Both the position numbers and the translations under genes were made by a program. This document shows positions 57,993 to 64,000 of a stretch of 64,000 bases of DNA, one piece after another. The notes beneath the pieces are model-generated. The model searched no databases, was not told where the DNA came from, and was given only the letters and a program-made list of their open reading frames with translations. Source of the DNA: Chlamydiales bacterium (GTDB lineage: Bacteria; Chlamydiota; Chlamydiia; Chlamydiales; JAAZZY01); assembly GCA_965206695.1 (NCBI GenBank), contig CBDBKM010000002.1:96001-160000 (forward strand). The letters are read 5' to 3'. Each line of letters begins with the position of its first letter. The stretch's first letter is position 1.

Positions 57993-60444
57993 CAGATCCT
58001 CCCGTTAAAAAGATATTTTTATAAAATGACTTTTAACAATAAAGATCGATAATTTTTGGAATAAAAAATATCCTACCGATAAAGTCATCTCGGCTCACCC
58101 TCGATAAAAAAAAGTACACCCTTTAGAATCAAGACATTTTTTTGAACTCGGCTCATCATGAAGTATCGAATAGATCTTTTAACTTCGCTCCTTTTTTATG
58201 TGCTATACATGTAAACAAATCTACCCGTGAATCAACGTAAAAAATTAAAAATACAGACCTTAGACGAGACCATAATACAATCTTTCTTTTCATTTTCTTT
58301 AATGCGTTTTGAAATAATCCGCAACATCTTTGCTGTACTTGATCCAATAAAAATGCCAAAAACATAAGTAACCCTAAAACATGACTGAGGTGTTTACAAC
58401 CATGCCCAAAATTATGTTCAAATTGATAGCCTTGATTCTTAAGAGTATTAAACGTTTCATTTTCTATTTTCCGGCTTGCTCTACCTCCTTTTGCTAATTG
58501 ATATACATTCTCTGTCGTTACCGTAATATCAGTCACCCAAGAAAAATGCTTTTTTTTTCTTTTTTTATCTGTTATCATAAAATTAATAAAATTTACTTCT
58601 AAATCATGATGTTTATCATTAAGAGGAACACCGTTATAAAAACTAAGTTCGACGACTTCCTTGTCTGTTGTTATCGTTTTTCTCTTAAGAGAGGCTCCTT
58701 TTAACCAAGCGAATAAACCGGGATTACCCGGCCGTTTAGCTCCTACGATAAAGTGAGTTCCTATTGCCAAAATTTTTTGTAGATAAGGGCCTTTTGCAGA
58801 CAATGCATCTTCCGTAAAAATGACTTCCAAACGGGAATGTTCTTTTTGAAAATCATTTTTAGTACTACCGTCTAATTTAGAGATCGGTTCGGGGCATAAA
58901 GGAAACACTTCTTTCCGGTCGGGATGAATAACTACTGCATCTAACATCTGACGATAATTATAGTCATTTAATTTTATATTGATAAGATTGCTTGATCAAT
59001 GGCGAATGTAAAATTCGTAACTTTTCGTAATATCTCTCTAACTTTATTTTTCATATTAGCCCAATATTTTTCTATAGGATTTAAGTCCGGAGAATATGGA
59101 GGAAGAAACATAAGCTTACAACCGGCAGATTCTACTGTTTTCCTGCTTTCCGCTGACTTGTGAAAACCGGCATTGTCAAGAATAAGAACACTACCGGGTG
59201 TAAGCTGAGGAGTCAAAACTTCCTTAAGCCAAATATTGAATAACCCGGTATTACAAGTACCTTCAAAACACATTGGAGATAAAAACTGCCCTTTAGATAG
59301 GGCTGAAATAATATTTTGCCTTATAAAGCGGTTTCCTGAAACCGCTCCAAAAACTTTTTTGCCGCGTAAGCTTCTTCCGGACTCACGAAATAAAAATTGA
59401 TGAATCCCGGTTTCATCGAGATAAATTCTCTTGTCAAAGGGAATATTTTTTAAATCTTTCATAAAAGCTTCCCGTTTCTTTTCATCTCTTTCCTTATAGC
59501 GAGTAGTTTTTTTTTTCGTGTAATTTTTAATCTTTTAAGGGCATAAAAAATCGTTTGCGGAGTGACTGAAAAATAATCAGCAATTTCCGATAAAAAATAA
59601 TCCGGATGTTTTTCTACATATTTAGATAACAACTCATCATCTAATTTCTTATAAGCATATTTTCTGCGGATTGGCTTTAAATGTCCTTTTTGCTTTTTTT
59701 GCAAGATCCATCGATATATTGTTGCGATACCTACTTGAAAAATATGGCCGGCTGTTTTTTTATCATGATGTTTTTCTATATGTTGTAATACTTTCTCTCG
59801 AAGATCTACTGAATAGGCTCTAGGCATTGTTTTGTCCTTACTGTTTGTATAAAAAAAGAAGGATAACATATTATCAAATAAAAATTAAAATACTATAAGT
59901 CATACGACCGTCTCTAGAATGTTTTTCACAACAATTATCACAATGAACAGATGGTGAAGAAAACATACCCGTTCCGTCACACGTAATTAAAAAATACTTA
60001 TTCAAAAATGTGTAATCTTCAAAAACTTTTCCTCTTTGAAGAAGAGAGAATACGGCAGTAAAAGCAGGTCTAATCCATCGAGAATCAACTTGGTCAAGTC
60101 GTTCTCTCATACAAGTATCGGAAGGAATATTTGTAATATTGTAAAAAGTGCTTAAATTATGTTGAATGATCTCATCTTGACGTCCTTCATCGAATTGTAG
60201 AAGTGAAGGAAACTAAACCGGACATCAAACAATCAGATAATGCAATTGTTGCTTTTAAACCTCTTGCATCTCGGTCTTTATTGGGAATCTTATTAAATAC
60301 GGAACGAACCTTTAACAACATCCCTTTAACCGAAAGCCGGTTTTTCTCAATAGAATGCACTGCCATATTTTTTTCTCCATTTAAAAAAAAATAATGAAAA
60401 AAAAGTATACATCATTGCGAAAAATTATTTAACGGGAATTGCTG
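57993..60444 (-). mobile_element. Decayed ISNCY/IS4-like element interrupted by IS630
   Basis: Transposase pieces IPSDTCMRERLD...CDGTGMFSS..HCDNC...TY and YRQML...R.KIENETFNTLKNQGYQFEHNFGHG. Putative ends CAGATCCTCCCGTTAA / TTAACGGGAATTGCTG (12/16); boundaries tentative. Confidence 0.7.
58959..59897 (-). mobile_element. Apparently intact IS630-family element with -1 frameshift fusion
   Basis: TA-bounded TIRs TATAGTCATTTAATTTT / AAAATTAAAATACTATA. OrfA MPRAYSVDLREKV; OrfB YLDETG, LDNA.FH, LPPYSPDLNPIE. An A10 run (59507-59516) joins ITRKKK to TTRYKERDE. Confidence 0.92.
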
Positions 60445-60464
60445 GACGGCAAACTGCAAAATCA

Positions 60465-61465
60465 GTTATTTTTAATCTTAGTTATCCTATTATTTGGTGT
60501 ACTAAGGATAGAAAAGAAGTTCTCGATAGAGGTATTAGGCTTCTTTCGAAATGCATCATATGAGTTCCAAATGATAGATTCCCGCAATAAGATTGAATCG
60601 CAATACAAATCTTTTTCATCTATTCTGATAACGACCGGAAATGATTGTAAAGCGTTTGATCATTCCTGTCACAGTTTTATTGCTTTTTCTTATCTTCTTT
60701 AGTTAGAGGCTTCTTCTTACTTTTTTTTGGCATATAGGTATTAGCATGAAGCTTTTTTAGTCCTTGATATCCCTATCAGTTAATACGTTTATTCCCGGAT
60801 GAATTTTTATTTTTGATTTCTTAAACAGTCTAAAATCATGTCTCCTGCCATTAGAAAATGCAGTACAAATAATCTATCGTGTTTTCTTGTCTACTATAAC
60901 CTGAGTCTTTAAGGTATGCTTTTTTTCCCACTAAGAATTTTTCTGTTTCTAATCGCTGTGTTTAATATGAATATTATTCAATCGAATGTTGATTTTTTTA
61001 TACCCGTTAAACGACGAAACTTTTCATCATTCAAGGTGCGAATGTTTTCAAATTTCATGATACAAACCTACTTTTAAAGTAGGCTGCTATAATCAAAAAT
61101 TTAATTTTGAAAGAAGTCTATTGAGAAAAAACTAAGTTAAGTGATTAAATGAGAAAGTCAAGCAACTATCTATGGAGGTTAAAGAACTTGATATTATGCC
61201 TGACCATGTACATATGTTTATCAAAAACTCAACCTGTTCAATCTCCACAGTTTGCAATTGGTCAACTTAAAGGATCCGGTAGCCGCTTGTTAAGACAAGA
61301 GGTCTCAAATTTAAAATCCGGATTGCCTACATTATGGCCAAGATTGTATTATGTTGATAGTGTAGAAAAACTCAATGAATATACGGTTAGGAAGTATATC
61401 CAAAATCAAAAAAACAAATAAATGCTTTCATCCCAATGCTCAAGCAAAGGGTTTTCTCGCTTAAT
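60465..61465 (+). pseudogene. IS200/IS605 TnpA (Y1 HUH transposase) pseudogene interrupted by IS5
   Basis: FNLSYPIIWCTK.RK before the insertion; IMPDHVHMF, LKG..SR, LPTLW...YIQNQK after it; end hairpin ATCCCAATGCTCAAGCAAAGGGTT. Confidence 0.85.
60536..61120 (-). mobile_element. Internally deleted IS5-family (ISL2-like) element
   Basis: TIRs TAGGCTTCTTTCGAAAT / ATTTTGAAAGAAGTCTA; homologous to 46794-48110. Confidence 0.88.
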
Positions 61466-61510
61466 TGTCATAAAGGCGTTCCTCAGAAAATTTATTAGAT
61501 ATCCTTTAGA

Positions 61511-62371
61511 ATGGATATGTTGGTGAAAAACATGAAAGGTATAATCGGTTTAGATATTGATGGTACAGTGACGGGAGATCCAAATAAAATTCCCCAAGAG
61601 ATAATTGATTATCTTGCTTTTCTTTCTAAAGAGGGATGGCAAGTGGTCTTTATATCAGGTAGAACTTTTTCATTAGGATTAGATTTGTTGAAACATTTTC
61701 CTGAGGTTTATTATTTTTCCCCCCAATGCGGGGTTAGTCTTATCCAAATGCCTGAAAAGAAGATATTATACCGTCAATATTTTGACTTAACTGCTTTAAA
61801 TGTTGTGGAGGAGGTTTTTAAGGATGAACCTACCGATTTCATTCTCTACGGAGGGATTGAGGTAAATGATTGTTGTTATTATCGACCTAATCGATTCGAA
61901 GAGGATTTAAAAAAATATCTTCAAGAAGTGTATACTAAATTACCCGGTAAATGGGAAGCGGTTGATTCGTTTCATAATCTTCAACTAAACCGGTTCCCAA
62001 TGGCAAAAGCATTTGGTTCTCAAGAAGTTTTATTGCGAATCAAAAATAAGTTAATGTCTCACCATCTTTTTAAGGCAGAGATTGTCAAAGATACTTATAA
62101 TACTCGTCATCGTTTGATACAGATTACTGAAAAAGAGGCCGATAAAGGGCGTCCAATATCTGAGCTAAAAAAAACAAGTATTTCGCATCCTATTATTGCC
62201 GCGGGAGATGATCGAAATGATCAAGCGATGTTAAGAGAAGCTGATATTAAAATTGTGATGCCAAGTGCTCCGAATGAAATGAAAGAAATAGCTGATATAA
62301 TAGCTCCTCCTGTTGAGGAAAAGGGTATAATGAACGCTTTAGAAAAAGCCATAACCTCTTTATCGGCATAA
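61511..62371 (+). CDS. HAD-IIB (Cof-like) hydrolase
   Basis: GLDIDGT motif I, ISGR, DKG, AGDDRND motif IV. Confidence 0.92.
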   Translation: MDMLVKNMKGIIGLDIDGTVTGDPNKIPQEIIDYLAFLSKEGWQVVFISGRTFSLGLDLLKHFPEVYYFSPQCGVSLIQMPEKKILYRQYFDLTALNVVEEVFKDEPTDFILYGGIEVNDCCYYRPNRFEEDLKKYLQEVYTKLPGKWEAVDSFHNLQLNRFPMAKAFGSQEVLLRIKNKLMSHHLFKAEIVKDTYNTRHRLIQITEKEADKGRPISELKKTSISHPIIAAGDDRNDQAMLREADIKIVMPSAPNEMKEIADIIAPPVEEKGIMNALEKAITSLSA

Positions 62372-62378
62372 TGAGAGA

Positions 62379-63866
62379 TTGATGGAAATTAAACAACTAA
62401 CTACCGGGGCAATCGACTATGCTCGCAAGCATTTGAGTGAACAAACTAAATGGGTACACTATTATTCTAAAGATTCTCTTTTTGAAAACCATGATACGAT
62501 TCCTTTAGTTGAAAATGCACTCTATGCTTTAGCTCTTTTTCGCTCAAAAAATAGTTCAAATATGTTGGAGGGAAAAGAACTGGTAAAAAGATTACTTCAT
62601 TTTCAATCATCTTTAGACGATAGTAAGGGGAATTTTCCTCATTATTTGCATGAATTTCCATATTGTCAGGATCCTTATGGAGCTTTAAGAATTTTTGTCC
62701 CTTTGTATTGGATTTTAATTGAATTTGCGCCCCTACTTGGAGACAATCTAAAAAATAGATTAACTAAATCATTACAACAATCACTATCTTTTTCTCGGAA
62801 TTTAAAAAGTCAGATGACGATCGGTTATTCTCGTTCGCTGCAGCTGGCAAGTGCAACGCTTGCTATGGGCTGCCTATTAACGAACAAGGAGTGGAAGATA
62901 GCAGGCTTAGAGGAATTGAAGAGATTAAGTGATATAAGCTATCAAAATGAATGGATGTCTCCTTCTGAAATTGGCAAAATTTTAATAGCTTACCAAATGG
63001 CTTCTGCTCATATTGAAAGCGGTTGTTTTGCTCCATTTTTAAAGTTTGTTTTTAGCACATGGCATCAAAGCCTTACCTGTTATGCAGGTCCTGCTTTGAA
63101 AGTTTTACAATTTAAAGATTCTCCGGAGATTAAATTGTATGATTATTATTTATCACACTTTACAAAAACACTCCTTACTACTGATAGGAATATCACCATA
63201 TCCGGTTTATATGCAGCTCTTATTCGTCCAATAGACGAAGACTTAGAATCCTTTTCCTTACCTCACTCTACAAGTTTTGTATCCGGAAATAAATCCGGAT
63301 ACTTGTTCATGGAAAAACAATATACTTGCTCTTTGATCGATTATTCTAAAATTGAAGAAAATCCGCATAAAGGATTACATATTCTACGTCTTCTATGGAA
63401 AGGAAAAGAAAGAGTTCATTCTTTTGCCATGCAGCCGGAAAATATTTCTGTAAATGTCAGTAAGAATTTAAGCTCCAAAAATATTGAATTTCTGTTGCAC
63501 TATGATCAATGTAATCAAAATGAGAACGATGCCCATGAATTGGTCGCATCTTTTTACTTAGATATTCACCCTGATTCTATCTTTACAGTAGAAGGAAAAA
63601 GGTCGAATACTTTTCAGCTAAATCAAAAGATTCGAATATGTAATAGTAATATGAATATTGGTCTTACCTTTAGTCTTAGTGAAGGAAAAGGTATATTTTA
63701 TGGACATCTAATGAGGGGTAATAGACCCGCCCAACGTCTAAGAAATAACATTACAGACTTTAAGGCTTATGATTGGGTATTTTACCTTAGAGCAGTGAGG
63801 TTGAATACTTCATGTATTGTAACAGGACAATTAAGTTTAGATATGATTGAAGAGAAGATAGTATAA
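62379..63866 (+). CDS. Hypothetical protein
   Basis: 495-aa ORF with DTIPLVENALYALALFR, GNFPHYLHEFP and GHLMRGNRP segments; no family assignable. Confidence 0.8.
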   Translation: MMEIKQLTTGAIDYARKHLSEQTKWVHYYSKDSLFENHDTIPLVENALYALALFRSKNSSNMLEGKELVKRLLHFQSSLDDSKGNFPHYLHEFPYCQDPYGALRIFVPLYWILIEFAPLLGDNLKNRLTKSLQQSLSFSRNLKSQMTIGYSRSLQLASATLAMGCLLTNKEWKIAGLEELKRLSDISYQNEWMSPSEIGKILIAYQMASAHIESGCFAPFLKFVFSTWHQSLTCYAGPALKVLQFKDSPEIKLYDYYLSHFTKTLLTTDRNITISGLYAALIRPIDEDLESFSLPHSTSFVSGNKSGYLFMEKQYTCSLIDYSKIEENPHKGLHILRLLWKGKERVHSFAMQPENISVNVSKNLSSKNIEFLLHYDQCNQNENDAHELVASFYLDIHPDSIFTVEGKRSNTFQLNQKIRICNSNMNIGLTFSLSEGKGIFYGHLMRGNRPAQRLRNNITDFKAYDWVFYLRAVRLNTSCIVTGQLSLDMIEEKIV

Positions 63867-64000
63867 TGTCTATTTTTGACCGCACCAAAATAGTATTTCA
63901 AACCCCGATGGGCCCCCTTTTAATAACCTTGCTTGTATTGTTTATTGGTTTGGTTATCATCTATCTGGTTATACAGAAGATATACAAGTATGATGTAAAA

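Noticed and set aside
63866..64000. Gene starting at the TAATG overlap (MSIFDRTK...) with a TM segment in another frame
   Set aside because: Stops after 18 codons and is cut by the window edge; cannot be called

Overview
AT-rich chromosomal window from a member of the Chlamydiota, probably an environmental lineage outside Chlamydiaceae. The assignment is inferred from chlamydia-type proteins and from gene order recalled for C. trachomatis. Core content: V-type ATPase (D, B, A, DUF2764, E); tal-pdxH; rpoC-rpoB-rplL/J/A/K-nusG-secE-tRNA-Trp-tuf-tRNA-Thr-infA; a CLC channel; fmt-lpxA-fabZ-lpxC-lnt; rsmB-like, surA-like, ksgA and dacC; lptE/bamD-like genes, dnaE and uhpC; hisS-aspS-mip-trmL; NUDIX-lpxI-trxA; and a HAD hydrolase. 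Many intergenic gaps are filled with IS debris (IS1, IS3, IS5/ISL2, IS30, IS200/605, IS630, IS701, IS1634, ISNCY-like). This includes intact IS30, IS1634 and IS630 copies, two MITE families and deeply nested insertions. The most striking signal is a window-wide excess of CCGG together with many individually traceable CCAG/CTGG-to-CCGG changes, which suggests a directional CCGG-creating process (possibly a Vsr/HpaII-type methyltransferase system encoded elsewhere). dnaE carries seven +1 homopolymer frameshifts and rpoC carries one, most likely sequencing errors. Other points are an LpxI-type enzyme in a chlamydial genome and orphan TnpB omega-RNA-like right ends. No CRISPR array, rRNA or prophage was seen.
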